A DNA stretch of 64,000 nt from Amphiscolops sp. MND2022 (lineage: Eukaryota), in the NCBI GenBank assembly GCA_964187785.1, contig OZ076409.1:26662001-26726000 (forward strand), given 5' to 3'. Each line of letters begins with the position of its first letter. The stretch's first letter is position 1. A program made the translations under genes and the position numbers. Shown piece by piece: positions 50,242 through 63,166 of this stretch. A model generated the notes under the pieces. The model worked only from the letters and a program-made list of their open reading frames with translations, searched no databases and was not told the DNA's origin.

Positions 50242-51074
50242 ACAATATAAAAACACAAACTGAAAGTTTTTGTCATCAAAAGCGTTGGCTTGCCCGTCTG
50301 GCACTTCACAGCATACTACTGTTGTGACTACACCTGTGACTTGGAAAATAAAAGTCATCGACTCAATTTCGGATGATCGCCATCACCGATGGAATTTCCA
50401 CCCAAAACACAACCAACAAAGTGTTCAGTAAAAAAGCTCTTGATGCGAGCGGAAGACGTTCGCCAAGAGAGTTACATGAACAAACAAAACATCGTTAAAA
50501 AGTTTTTCAGAAAATCTTCGCAAGAAAAAACAGGAACCTACAAATTTTCTCATTTTCCGCCCATATTTCTACATGGGATAAGTAAATCATTCACCCAGTC
50601 ACGGTTTTAGGGTAAAATTAGGTTCGTAATATAAATATAGGTCTGGATTTTTGAACTTTTTTTGGAAAATGCCCTGAAAATGTCACTTTTTGACCTTTCA
50701 AGTAATTTTTGTAGTTCTCGAATTTCGAATGAGTTCAATGACAGAACAATTAGCTGACAGAACAATCCTCCTTTTTAGAAGATTCCCGAAATACCTAAAA
50801 ATTCTAAAGAATCCCACTTTTTGACATATTTAGGCAGTCCTTGTACAGTTTTTGTGTTTTAAGATTCAAAATATCCACTGTGTTTTTAGACAAAACAACT
50901 AGCTATTCCGTGTTTTTTTACGGTCTTACTGGAAGCAATCAGATGTTGTTTGTTAAAAAGTGATTTAAAAAACCAACATAAAAAACAAAAAAGAGGTCTA
51001 ATTTTTGACCAATTACTTGCTTTTGAGTTTCCAAATGCTTTCTCAGTGAATAATTTCCTCAAACGATAAGAAAG

Positions 51075-51172
51075 TTTCACTTGAATTTGTTTCACTTGAA
51101 TTTCCGTTACGTGCATATTTTCACTTGAATTTCCATGTGTTTCACCTGAACTTCTCGAGTGTTTCACTTGAA
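51075..51172. repeat. Short tandem cluster of TTTCACTTGAA
   Basis: About five copies with variable spacers. Confidence 0.75.
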
Positions 51173-52150
51173 TTACAAAAGGTATAATTCCAACGCATCT
51201 ATACTATCTTTACTGAGTTTTGAGATATGAAGCATGAAATTAAGAAAACAAATTTTCGTTGAATATTTTAAAACTTTAAATTAAACTGAGTGACTTGTCA
51301 ATCGCTGTGAAAGAACCAAACGCATCTTTATCACCAGTTAGAAAAAGGCAATCTTAATAACTACCACAAATGTCAGTCACGGTAACTTAATACATGAAAA
51401 AACTGGGCATCAATTTACATGAATTCCTGATGACAGTAGGTTTCGGTCAATGCGCTTCGCTTGATGCTTTTCGCTTGCGTGATGTTGGAACGTCAGACAT
51501 GCGAGCAAACCTAAATTTTGAGTGACATACGTCAATCTATTGACTGATTAGTTTCATTTGTGAGAATCGCTTTTCGATTGTTGCCATTGAAAGTCAATGT
51601 TTTTACAGACTATTGCTTAGTATTTAAGAGTCATTGGTTTTTGAACTGAAGTTGAACTCAGAATTCCTAGAGCAGAAAATATTGAAACATTTTCCAAAAT
51701 CAAACCTTCTCTCAAATCATCCTGATCACTCTTGTGGAAACCTTGATAGAACATTCTTCGATTTTGGCTCAAGCAAATCTCTTGCGACTACCCCTGAAAT
51801 CTAGAGACGTAGACTCAAAAAAACTAACTTGCAGTACAAAACCCTGTTATTTTCGAGCACTTCTGAAAACCACCAAGGATTACAGTTCCGTGATTCATGG
51901 GTTCGTTATGCCGAGAATCATTCCATAATCATGGAAACGTATCTATGACTCACGGATTTCATGGATGAAAAGCTATAGCGCCATGGATAATCATGGATGA
52001 AAAAGTCATGATCATGGATGAAAACCTGAGAATGAGCCATGATGGTCAACATTGGCACCTATATCATTTTGCGCAGTAATTGTATTAGGACATTATGAAA
52101 CACGACAACATCCCTGGTAGGTACGCTGATCAGGTCACACTTAGTGACAG

Positions 52151-52435
52151 TTTTTGTTATGTTCCGCCCACATAAATGGGGAAGGAAAATCATGATCTGC
52201 GATGCGTTTTTTTACTAACTCTGCCAAAACTCTACTTTATCTCCACTCCATCTATGCACTTAGTTACTTCAATTATGGTGGCTCAGTCAGGTTGTAGGTC
52301 TTGGGTTTGAACCCGGGCTGGTGTTTGAGTTTTTTTGTTTCCCAGCCAGTAGGGTTCGAACCTCTCCTTCGCCATACTTTTGTTTGCAATAAGCGTGTCG
52401 CGGAAAATATCCCGGTGCTTAGCGGGCGTCTTGTT
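52151..52435 (+). mobile_element. Helentron/DINE-1-like element, family B
   Basis: Ends CGGAAAATat-CCCGgtgcttagCGGGcgtCTTGTT; termini shared with 52864, 59771 and 62339 copies; contains GGTTCGAACC B-box. Confidence 0.7.
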
Positions 52436-52863
52436 AATTTTCTTTCACTTTCGTTTAGTTTTCTTTTGAAGCTAGTCTTACAGGCTGATCGTGCAACCAA
52501 GAAAGTCACAAGTTTTCACACTAGGTTGGTTCTCAATTTAGGATGCATCTTTTAGGCAGCTTGATAGAATTCAATTTTATCATCATCAATGAATTTTTGA
52601 TAAATGGAAAATTCTTTGAGAGCTCTACAAACTCAGATATACTAGCTTGGCATCCTATAAAAATTTAATTTGGAAGAAATTTAAACGGTTTCAACCGGGA
52701 AAATCATAGGTAGGAATTGAAATAAGTTATTGGAGACTTTTTACATACCTTTTGTCCCTATCAACCTAAAACATTACATTTTGGAGTAACCTATTCTCCC
52801 TCACTAAATCCTTTTATCTTACTGAATCTTGTAAAATGAAAGAAATGAGAACAAGGAATTCCA

Positions 52864-53250
52864 AACAAGACGCCCGCTAAGCACCGGGATATTTTCCTCC
52901 CTTTTGACCTTCACCAACTGAGCCATAGCTATTTTTGGAGGGGGAATAGGACTTGAAGAAAAAAATCTAAAATTAAGTGATTTTTGATCTTATTCCTCTT
53001 AGATCTTATTCCCGTCCTGAAAGTTTAGATCTTATTCCCTTTAGATCTTATTCTCATTTTTACTTTAGATATTATTCCCTCCTCTCAGTAAGGCTGAGTA
53101 GGGAGGCTGAGTATGGAGGCTGAGTAGGGAGGCTGAGTAAGTGGAGTTAGTATAAGGTGGAGTTTTGGCAAAATTTGGAAGAAAAAAAAACGCAACACAG
53201 ATCATGATTTTCCTCCCCCATTTAAAATATGGGTCGGAAAATAATAACAA
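52864..53250 (-). mobile_element. Helentron/DINE-1-like element, family B
   Basis: aacaagacgcccgctaagcaccgggatattttcc, closely similar to 59771-60200; internal gatcttattcc and ggctgagta micro-repeats. Confidence 0.75.
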
Positions 53251-54305
53251 AGATTTGAAAAAAATTGGGTCGGTACACAAGGCTTCGGATGAACCGATCG
53301 ATCGTAAACAAATGTTATGTTAATGTTTTTCATCGTCATCAAATGTCTTCAAACATTTTTCTAAAACTATGAATGGGACTGTTTTTGACTGTTAACGACT
53401 AGACGCGTAAACCATCTGCAGATATTTCTGGGTTTTACAAAGATGTGTTGGTCCGTCCTACATTATCGCGGGAAAACATACAACGTAGGCAATTATTGAG
53501 TAACCTTGACTATCAGAAGTTCAATCAAAGTTATAGGGAAACACTGGAAGTAGTGTGTTTCTTGGTAATATCCTAGCGCTACTTTTAATCAATTTCAGCT
53601 TAACAACAATATATCTTCATTGCTCTGGAATTAGGTATTTACTGGCTAATCTTTCGCGAAATATGTTTTTGTGAACTTTTACCAGATCATGTCTTCTTCC
53701 TTTTCTGTTCATTGCTATTGATTTCCATTTTGTAAGAATGAACATTACTAATGCATTTTTCTGCTAGACTAACAAGCAATAGCTAATGTTGAAAAAGTTC
53801 CTAAACATTTATTTGATGATCAATGCATAATAAATCACTGCCAAGGCTCCTTTGTGACTTTGAAGTGTTTCGTGTTCCAAGTACTCTTCTTGAATGATTC
53901 ATTGAAGAGGGCTACCGCAAACATAAAATTAAAGGGAATGCAAATTATATGGAATATCAAATAAAAATTGCTTCCCTCAGTTTTCAATGGAGAGAAATTG
54001 TTGAAACAAAGACTGCATCATTTTTAAAATGCTTGAAAAAACTAACAAATGACATTTTACAAAACTTCGGACAATAATTGATTGTTTTTCATAAAAATGA
54101 AAACCTGGGTTCATTACAAAGTTCCTACAAAGTTCGAAGCACAATAGTGAAAAAAGCAAAGTCTATCTCCTTGACATCAACCTACTTGGTATATAACGGT
54201 GACAGCTGTGCCTTGAACTGGTGCTTTGATGCTTTCAGCATTAATAAATTCAGAGGAACTGACCATGTAAATCTACGGTTATTTTCAGAGCATTTTATTT
54301 TTCAA

Positions 54306-55129
54306 TTTAGTCGGTGCTTTTCGTTTTTCGTGAGAAAAGAACCAACTATAGCTCTGGTTTTTCTAAAGACCAGCTAACTGACAGATTTCTACCAGCATTT
54401 CTATAAGTTGTAACTTCCAACTGCAACTTGGCCTAGAGGTTAAAGCGGATTTTCTGAGGTCCCCCAGAACTATTGGTTGTCACCCCTTTTGCGTTTTTAA
54501 TGGCACTATGCCACTTTTTTGTGAAGTTTTATAAACCGAAGTGTCCCTTTTAATTTTTTCAGCAGAAAGAAAGCGTTTTGCAAGCACGTTAGGTTTTTTC
54601 GGCGTAATGCGACACAAATTTTTGAATTTTTCCTAATATTTGGTTTCTTGAGGTTTTCTGTAAGGAAAACCCTTTTCCGAGTTCTAAGGGTGACCTTATT
54701 GAATATTTTGTGGTCCTGCCGAACTGATGAGAGTTTTCTCAATAAGTGTGGAAAAGACTTACGGTTTTTTTCGGCACTGTGCGACTTTTCTCCGAAAATA
54801 TTTTATTGGTCAAAGTACCCTTACCTTCCATAAAAGTTTTTGGCTTGAAAAAAGCGTTTTGCGAGCTTGGAGTTTTTTTCCGAACAAAAAACTTCGAAAA
54901 AATGTTCAAAAAATATTTTATGATATTTCCAGTTGGGAAAAATACGGTTTTCGAATCTCATGGGTATTTTTCGGCACTGTAAATATCATACATTTTCTGA
55001 AAAACATTTTCTCGAAGTTTTTTCTTTGGAAAAAAGACTTCAAGGTAAAAATATCCCTTCGCATATTTTTTTAAACTTGCGTTTTTTAACATTGAGCGAG
55101 GCGCCGAGTTGGGCCGTTCCCGGCTTGTT
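54306..55129 (+). mobile_element. Helentron/DINE-1-like element, family A (diverged)
   Basis: tttAGTCGGTGC ... GCGCCGAGTtgggccgttcccggCTTGTT. Confidence 0.78.
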
Positions 55130-56728
55130 TGAGTAGGAGCTTCTTACAACAAAAAGTCTTCGACTCTTACAGAGGGAAGCTTTTGTCAGTGATTTCGGAT
55201 TGTTCAACTTCGTCAGTGATTTCATATCGTCGTGAAGAATGCCTAGAATCTATCTAGGGCCATATTAGAAACAACACAGTAGCAAAAGGCTTCGTTTGAG
55301 GTTTTTTGACACTGTGTGACTCTTTTGCGAAGTTTTTTCTTTTTTTTTTATTTTTTGTTGTTTTCAGTTGAAGAAAAACCTTTAGTAGCACGAAAGCTTT
55401 GTAAATGAGTGATTCTTTGCACTGTTTGAGCATCAAGCGGAGACGTCGTCTTGAGACGTTCTAGGTTTGTTTTTCGATTTCGTTTCTGTTTATGTATTTT
55501 AGGTATGATACGAAGGCGCTTGATGATAGTCGTGATTTATGATAACAAAATAAGAAAGAAATTATTTTATATTTATGCCTGCCATGATTCTTCTTATAGG
55601 CCATAGATACTTTTTGTCGTGAAAAAAAAGCTTTTTCTTGCAATAACATTCAGCTATTTTTGTAACCTAACACATTTGACTCAAATATTTTATTCTGAAC
55701 TTCCTGAATGATCATAATTATGGTTGCATCTTTTAACATTTTCATTCTAATTCTAGGAGCATCAGTGTCCATCTAAGTTCAACCTTTTCGAATCTTTTTT
55801 GTGTGTTTTTTCCAGTGGCCATGAACTGCTTCTCTTTTTAACAAAGAGAAATTGATTTTTCTCCCAAGTACTTTTTGTCACAGTAAGCGGCTTTGAAAGT
55901 GCTATCGAACAGGAACCTTCATTTTCAGACTAGCTTCGAACTGATGTTTTAGACACGCCGTCACTTTAACGATTACTACCTCTGTGGAACTCTGTCAAGG
56001 AATGGCAATTGAGACCGTCAATCAACCTTATACTTTTAAATTTATCCTTGTATTCATTATATGAGAATTTTGTGTACTATATCAACAGGAAATGGTAGGA
56101 AACATTCGAAATTAGTTGAAAATGCATTGAAATTTGAGAAATTATTGCCTCTGCTAATCACAACAAACTGCTGTCGAGTACAAAGAGAAGCAAGATTTCA
56201 AGTCTGATCCTTTCTGGGTTGCTGTGTTTTCTTAAGTTTTCTGCTCGCTGTTTATTTCTGTGTCTGCTTTATAATTGGGAATGTTTGCGAGGGAAAACAT
56301 TTCAAGAGTTGGGTATACTGAAAAGAAACAAATGTGTTTTTAATTTTACTCTGTATGTGACTATACTGACAGACAACTTATGCGATAGTATCAATTTTGA
56401 GCCGCTTGTCGTCAAACAAATCACTTCCGTGGCCTGCTTCACATTTTCAGAAGCTATCTGATTTTTGAGGTGTTGTAATGTGTATCCATCTAAGGTGAAC
56501 CATATCCAAGGTCAAAATAATTGTTTTAATCATGCAATGGAAATATGCGAAGTATAATTGTAACAAAATGGTCCAAAAATGAAACACGCTCAGTGGCTAT
56601 CATATCCAATGTTTTCCGTACCGCGAGAATGAAGCAAAATAATTGAAATGTTGGCCCAAATTAAATATTTCATTTTATTGAATTATATAACCTAAGTTAA
56701 CTCAGAACTTGAACAGCAATTGACAGTC

Positions 56729-57540
56729 CCCTGGTCGAGAAAAAATGCGTTCCTTGCAAGGATCTTGCAAGATCCTTGTAAAAATGCAATTACTTGTAAG
56801 ATCTTGCAAGGAAATTTGTTCCTTGCAAGATCTTGCAAGGAAATGTTTTCCTTGAAAGATCTTGCAAGGAAATGTTTTCCTTGAACGATCTTGCAAGGAA
56901 ATTTTTTCCTTGAAAGATCTTGCAAGGAAATGCTTTCATTGCAAGATTCTTGAGTTCAATGTACTTCATACTGAGAAATAATGTTAACGTAGTCGTGATT
57001 TGAGAATATTGTCAAAAACGTTAATAACTATTATTTCAGAAGGGTAATTTAACAAATTGAAAAATAATTTCATTCGAAATATTATGCACAGTCTTATTTC
57101 AAATCAATAACTGGTACATAACACAATTGGTTGGAAAAAATTTTCAGAATACTCTGAAACTGTTTTTTAAATGTTGCGTCACTGAAATGTACTACTACTT
57201 TTCAAATAACTTCACTAAGATCACACGTTTAGAGATATTTTCTAGAGTTTGCATCTTTTTGGTGGTTGAATCCTCTAGTAAGTAAACCCCGTTCTGTGAC
57301 AGAATCTAATAGTCACGATCCAGTAGTCAACTTGAAGTCAAAAACAATGAATATAAAAAGTAAAAAAAAATTGTCGAGAACCTTCCACGAAATTTTTCTC
57401 TTTGGAAGAATCTTGCAAGGAAATGTTTTTTCTTGCGAGATTCTTGCAAGATGTCTTGCAGAAAAATGCATTATCTTGCAAGACCTTGAAAGAAAATCTT
57501 GCAAGATCCTTGCAAGGAACGCATTTTTTTTCAACCAGGG
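56729..57540. mobile_element. Non-autonomous TIR element with CCC...GGG ends and CTTGCAAG subterminal repeats (CMC/EnSpm-like)
   Basis: CCCTGGTCGAGAAAAAATGCGTTCCTTGCAAGGATCTTGCAAGA / TCTTGCAAGATCCTTGCAAGGAACGCATTTTTTTTCAACCAGGG; 2-bp TSD TC. Confidence 0.85.
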
Positions 57541-58181
57541 TCCCTACAGAAAAAATGTCGAATGAAAGTTTCTCCCAAAAAATATTAAGTGGTTCGGAAT
57601 GATCAAATGAAAATGAATCTAGTCGACGTGTATTGCAGATTTAGAGCATGGTTCCCAAAGTATATTATTGTTATGGTAGTTAAGTTAACTGATCAAGCAT
57701 AAAATTTTTGTTTCTTAGAAGGTTTTTGTCTGACAACAATGTCTGCCAGGTGCTACTGGAAATAGCTGGCACTCTGCGTTCAAAAGTCCTTAGATGGCAA
57801 CGCTACGATGGTAAGCGTGCGCAGTGGGGAAGCAAGAGCCGAACCGCGCAATGGCCCGATGGACTAAATTGTTTATGTTTACAGGAGTACAAAAAACCAA
57901 AATGTTTATTTTTGCATTGCCTGACTTTTTGAATTTGCTTCAGATTATTTTCCTTTGGTTTTTTAAATGTTTTCAGTTTCAAAAACTCTTTTGTTAGTCT
58001 GAAAAGTTCCTCCTACTCCGCATCTGGCGAGTGTTAAACTTTCAGATCGTTTCATTTTGAGCTATAATGAAACTGTTTACTGACTCAGGTGCTGTTTACT
58101 GACTGTTTACTGGCAAATCGGATATGGCTATAAAACGATGAAAAGCAGTGTATCCGAATTGTTGACATTTTAGGCTGGCTG

Positions 58182-59165
58182 CCCGGGTTGACCCTCCATG
58201 GATATCTTAGTAAGATCTTGAGATCTTGGCAAGATCTTGGAACAATCTTGGCTAAGATCTTTTCAAGATCTTACCATGGTATTCATTTTGCCATGGTAAG
58301 ATCTTATCAAGAGAGCCATGTTCCCAAAAAAATTATTGTAAAATCCTAATTCGGCAAAAAAATCTGGAAGGAAGTAAAAAAAAATCAACATCTATGCAGA
58401 TTTATTTACATAGTTAGACAATTTTTTTCTAGCAATGTATAAAATTTGATAGAAGAGATAATGTTTATTTAGAAAGGCACTGGTTAAATTGTTCTTTCAA
58501 TTGCAACACTGTCGCCAACAAAGGCGTCAGAAAATCCTCGAGCAGAATCATTGCCCAAACTGGAGCAATGACCGCCGTTTCTACCAGTAATAAGGCTGCT
58601 GAAACAGCCTCAAAGAAAGCTGGCGATATGATTTTACAAATTTTCCGGATTTTTAGGTGTTTCCTGTGTAGCTTTCCGATAGTGGCTCTGGACATGTGAG
58701 AGCATTTTTTCTCAGTCTCTGGAATCGACAGGAGCGATAAATTACAAGTTTTGAACCTTTCAATTGGTGCATTTGCATTTTCAGTATTAAACAGGAGAGG
58801 AGTTTTAGGATTCTCACCATAATTTCGGAAGCCAGAATACGTTATCGTAGTTTTTCGCACAATTTTGCATGGAAAATTTTTTCAGCAGGTTGAAGCATTT
58901 TGATTATGAAAACGAGTAGAAATAGTCACTGTTGGGTGAATTCAGCTTTCAGATTGAGCCTCGGCTGCTTGTACCGAAGATATAGTGTTTTTGTTGAGTG
59001 TATAATCTTAGAATTTTGTCCATCGTGATAAGATACGATCTTGGAATAATGTATCATGTTAGTAAGATCTTAATAAGAATCTTGTCATGGAATCCATGGT
59101 TGCGAAGTTGTAGTAAGAATTTGGAAAGGTCTTGCCAAGACAGCCAAGATGCTGGTAAGATGCTA
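58182..59165. mobile_element. Probable related TIR element with AAGATCTT subterminal repeats
   Basis: CCCGGGTTG start then aagatctt repeats (58200-58310), mirrored by similar repeats at ~59030-59165; right end not sharp. Confidence 0.5.
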
Positions 59166-59770
59166 GTTTATGAAACAAAAAACGATTGTTTTACTGTTTT
59201 TTGTAGGGTTTTCCAAATCGGTCGAAGTGACAAGTTAGGATAATTACGAACTCGGAACATCTACAACACGCCCAAGATAAGAGACCCAGAAAATTTCAAA
59301 AGGTGTTCTTCTTTTCGTTTTTGTCATTTTCATTCGATAAAACAAAACACCTTTTTTGGCCACTATGCTACTTATTGCTACCTTAATACACGGTATTTTT
59401 GGGCACTATGCTTTTTTTCGCATAATCTTTTTTCCAAAGGAACCCCGTTGTTTCAATAAAATAATTTTGCCATGAACGTTTTGGATACTTGTACAAATTT
59501 GTTAGATACATGTGTACGGATATGAGTAAAGGGGATTATCGACATCATCCAGTTTTCAATTGGTACCTATATTATATATGTTCCATCTACAGTATATTTC
59601 AACAAACGAACTGATCAACGAGGGGCGTCATACATTCATGTATTTAACTGCTGCTGAATTCAATACAATGAAGATTTCTGTAATGGATCTTCATGGATGA
59701 GTCATAAGTGATCAATTGATAATTTTTAATAGCTCAGATATCGCCAAACTTTACTAATGATTTGTAAATA

Positions 59771-60200
59771 AACAAGACGCCCGCTAAGCACCGGGATATT
59801 TTCCTCCCTTTTGGCCTTCACCAACTGAGCCATTGCTATTTTGGGAGGGGGAATAGAATCTAAGAAAAAGATCTAAAATATAGTGATTTTAGGTCTTATT
59901 CCCTTTAGATCTTATTCCCGTCCTGAAATTTTAGGTCTTATTCCCCTGAGATCTTATTCCCATTTTTACTTTAGATATTATTCCCTCCTCTCAGTAGACA
60001 CAGATGATGATTTTCCTCCCCCATTGAAAATGTGGGTCGGAAAATAATAACTTACTCAGCCTCCCTACTCAGCCTTGAAGGAACTGAGTAAGTGGAGTAT
60101 GTAGTACAAAGTGGAGTTTTGGCAGAATTTGGGAAAAAAACGCAACACAGATGATGATTTTCCTCCCCCATTGAAAATGTGGGTCGGAAAATAAAAATAA
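59771..60200 (-). mobile_element. Helentron/DINE-1-like element, family B, with duplicated terminus
   Basis: Matches 52864-53250; acacagatgatgattttcctcccccattgaaaatgtgggtcggaaaataa occurs twice (~59999 and ~60145). Confidence 0.75.
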
Positions 60201-60832
60201 AACCAACATCCATAAAAAAGTGGAGTAATAGATGAAAACAAACATGATGTTCCAAACAAAATGGCCCGAGGTAATTTTTCAAAAGCGCCATTTTCTCTTG
60301 AAACTTCAATAGTAAAAAGTCAACTTCTTGTGAGAAGACATTTTTCAATGACAATTTCAGTTTTGAAAAAACACACCTGATAACTTTATCATGCTTTTCT
60401 TCTTTGTTGAATAATGCAAAATGATAACTAATTACCAATATCAAGACTTATTGGATATAAATAACGGGCACCACAGTCTATGAATGTTTAATCGGAAACG
60501 TATCCAGCATAATTTTTTCGAAGGCGGACAAAACGGAAGAAGCAAGAAAACACCCAAAGTAATCTAGGAAAAATCACAAGGTACATAACTACTTAAAACT
60601 GCTACTATGCTTCTTGCGAGCAAAAACGTTCGGTTTGATCGAACACCTTCTGAGGATGTAATTCCTTCGTTCCACTTTTCAAGAAGTAAGAATTTTAAGG
60701 ATTAAAGTATTAGCAGCCCATCAAAAATGTTCCCATTGTGATTTGAACAAAGCAACTTGATAATTGTTTACCGAAGACTGAATGTAATCTTCAGTGAGAC
60801 ATTTATTTCATGTTAGAAGTAGATGTTCATAC

Positions 60833-61078
60833 CTGGACAATCAGCGATCTGGTCTCCCACGTGATAACTCCATATGCACCTGCTGCTGCTGTTGCACTGG
60901 AAGGAGTAGAGGTCAAAAACTGGGAAGTTTAGGCAGGAGTTCTGGGAGCAAACATCTGGATTCTCGTCGCTCCCATCCGGACAATGCTGGATACCATCAC
61001 ACATGTCCCAGAAGCGGATACACCCTTGACTCCACCCCCCACCAGGACACTTGATCTCCCAGTGTTCCACCCTGCAGT
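60833..61078 (-). CDS. Exon of LDLa-ShK-DEG/ENaC gene: LDLa repeat 1 and most of repeat 2
   Basis: tttttag|AC acceptor, G|gtatga donor (phase 1 to phase 1, 246 nt). Encodes CRVEHWEIKC...CIRFWDMCDGIQHCPDGSDENPDVC and CLNF...QCNSSSRC...ADCP, typical LDLa C-D-G-x-x-x-C-x-D-G-S-D-E pattern. Confidence 0.9.
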
Positions 61079-62338
61079 CTAAAAACAAACATTACTGTGT
61101 ACAGTTGTGTCCTTCTACAAATGTATTTGACTATTGAATGATAACTCAACATGATATCTTTCAAATCAGATTCTTCCATGTCCGGTTACCTTCCAGCCAA
61201 AACTGGCTTTTTAAATTTTACCTATATCGCTGAGATTTATTTGCCCCTTGCACGCGTCTTCGCTGTATCAATGAGCGAATTTAAATGGAGTGTCGCCACG
61301 CTACTTGTCTTTAACTATGTTCAGGAGATGTAATCAGTTTAGAAACAGTATTTTAGATCAATCTAATTCCTCGACACTAAACCGGAACAGTGCATTTTTG
61401 TAACCAGTAATTACAATGGAGGTAGCGGGTTACTATAGTGAAATGGTTGCTGTCTTCGACACAGCAAAATGTTGCCATATGAGGTATAAAGTTCTCTTGC
61501 GAAAAACTCAACTTAGAAGATAATACCATTAGATTTTTCCCCAAAAGTCATAGTTTATTACAATATCGTATGATTTACTTCATTCAAATTATGATCATAT
61601 ATCTAATAATCTGTTCTATAAATCCCAAATTCAATGATCCGACAATTTCTTTAAATCACAGGGTTCAATTTACTTATGCTTAACCAGTAGTTTTAAATGC
61701 ATTTGATATGCAGACTGAAGCGAAAAGCACACGACACATGTTACTCTCCAGAGCGTTCACGTTGTGATTTTCGGTTCAGCTGTGATTTGCAGGTTTTTTT
61801 TGCATGTACACTTCAACACAGTGTTCCAGACAGTCCAGGCCCAAAGTTGACGACAAACATAAATGGGTTGGTACCACGGATAGTCCGGCACAAGCAGAAC
61901 AAAGAAGGGACCCATTGCATCGTAAAGCAACTGGATAGATAATCGGGTGTATAGGTTTAGATTAAGTCCAAAGATCAATTCCAAAAAGACCAATATTGGA
62001 CCATTAACTTCGTATGATCAATTTTACACGAAGAAATTGTGTATTCAGGAGGTGATCTGAAAAAAAGTTCTGATTCTTGTCAAGATAAATGAACACTTTT
62101 TTGCTATCTCGGAAACCAAAGAGAGTATGAATAGTGTATTTTATACAATTTTATAACGTAGATACAATTTTATAGCATGCGTGTACTGTTGAGAAAAACA
62201 ATGAATCAACTAATAGGAACGAACTCCATTTTCTTTCGAACATCCACTTTCGTATGTCGAGTATCGCATCTAGTTTTTTCCGGTAACATCATCAGGCAAT
62301 TTATTTGCCTCAATAGGTCCATGGCACGCATAATGAAA

Positions 62339-62570
62339 AACAAGAGGGCCGCTAAACACCGGGATAATTTCCGCTAAAAATGTAACGACCAGCACGGGTT
62401 CGAACCCACGACCTTGTGTCTGCCAGGCAGACGCACTACCAACTGCGCCATGGTGACTAGAATTTACTAAATGGAGTAAAAAAAAGTGGAGATTTGGTAG
62501 AATTTGTAAACAAACGCAACACAGATTATGATTTTCCTTCGCCATTATATGTGGGCGGAAAGTAATCAAT
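62339..62570 (-). mobile_element. Family B element carrying a tRNA-derived segment (62387-62458)
   Basis: Minus strand TGGCGCAGTTGG (A box) ... GGTTCGAACCC (B box) between family B termini. Confidence 0.72.
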
Positions 62571-63166
62571 AGAATCTTATAAACCATATACAGCCCTGAA
62601 ATCTACACTATACAGCGCATTCGACTGGTGATCTTTCAGTTGGAAACTATCACAAAAGGGATTTTCACTAATTGACAGGGTCCCAAAAACAACAGAGCTT
62701 TTTATTCACACATCATAACTCTAAGTGTTCTGTCACCAAAGTAAAACACGCACATATTAATTCTCTTATCATCGCAAAAAGCTCGTCCTTCGATGATCCA
62801 ATTCAAATGCTGGAAACAATTAGTGTGCACTACAATGTATCCTCACAATTTACGTCTCAAAAAAGGTCATATCTGCAAATCCGTACTGACATTCCGGTGG
62901 ACTTGAGGACTACTGGGGCTAGCTCCAGTTATCGAACAATCTTACGGCGTCACCAGACCTGCTGTATTCTTTGGCGGAAACTGGGAAAACTGATCTATTT
63001 GGTGATTAATCAGTGGATTCTTGTAAATGTTCCTTCATATACAGTTTCAAATAGGAAACTTTCGGAGTCAGTGAATCTAGTGCATAGAATGCGTGGCTTC
63101 TAATTCCGAAATCCGGGTTCAATTCTGGTTATTGTGAAAGTTTTGAATGTTCATTTGCTAGCCTTT

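Noticed and set aside
57720..57935. Plus-strand gtaagc...tttacag mini-intron suggesting a nested gene
   Set aside because: Flanking frames are short with no recognisable product.
58465..58860. 131-aa minus-strand ORF
   Set aside because: No recognisable domain; lies inside a probable non-autonomous element.
62387..62458. Functional tRNA gene
   Set aside because: Anticodon loop is not 7 nt, the acceptor stem pairs poorly, and it sits inside a dispersed repeat.
61697..63103. Short ORFs as further 5' exons (TM1) of the channel gene
   Set aside because: No HG motif, TM1, FPAVT-like or LDLa pattern, and no convincing phase-1 donor.
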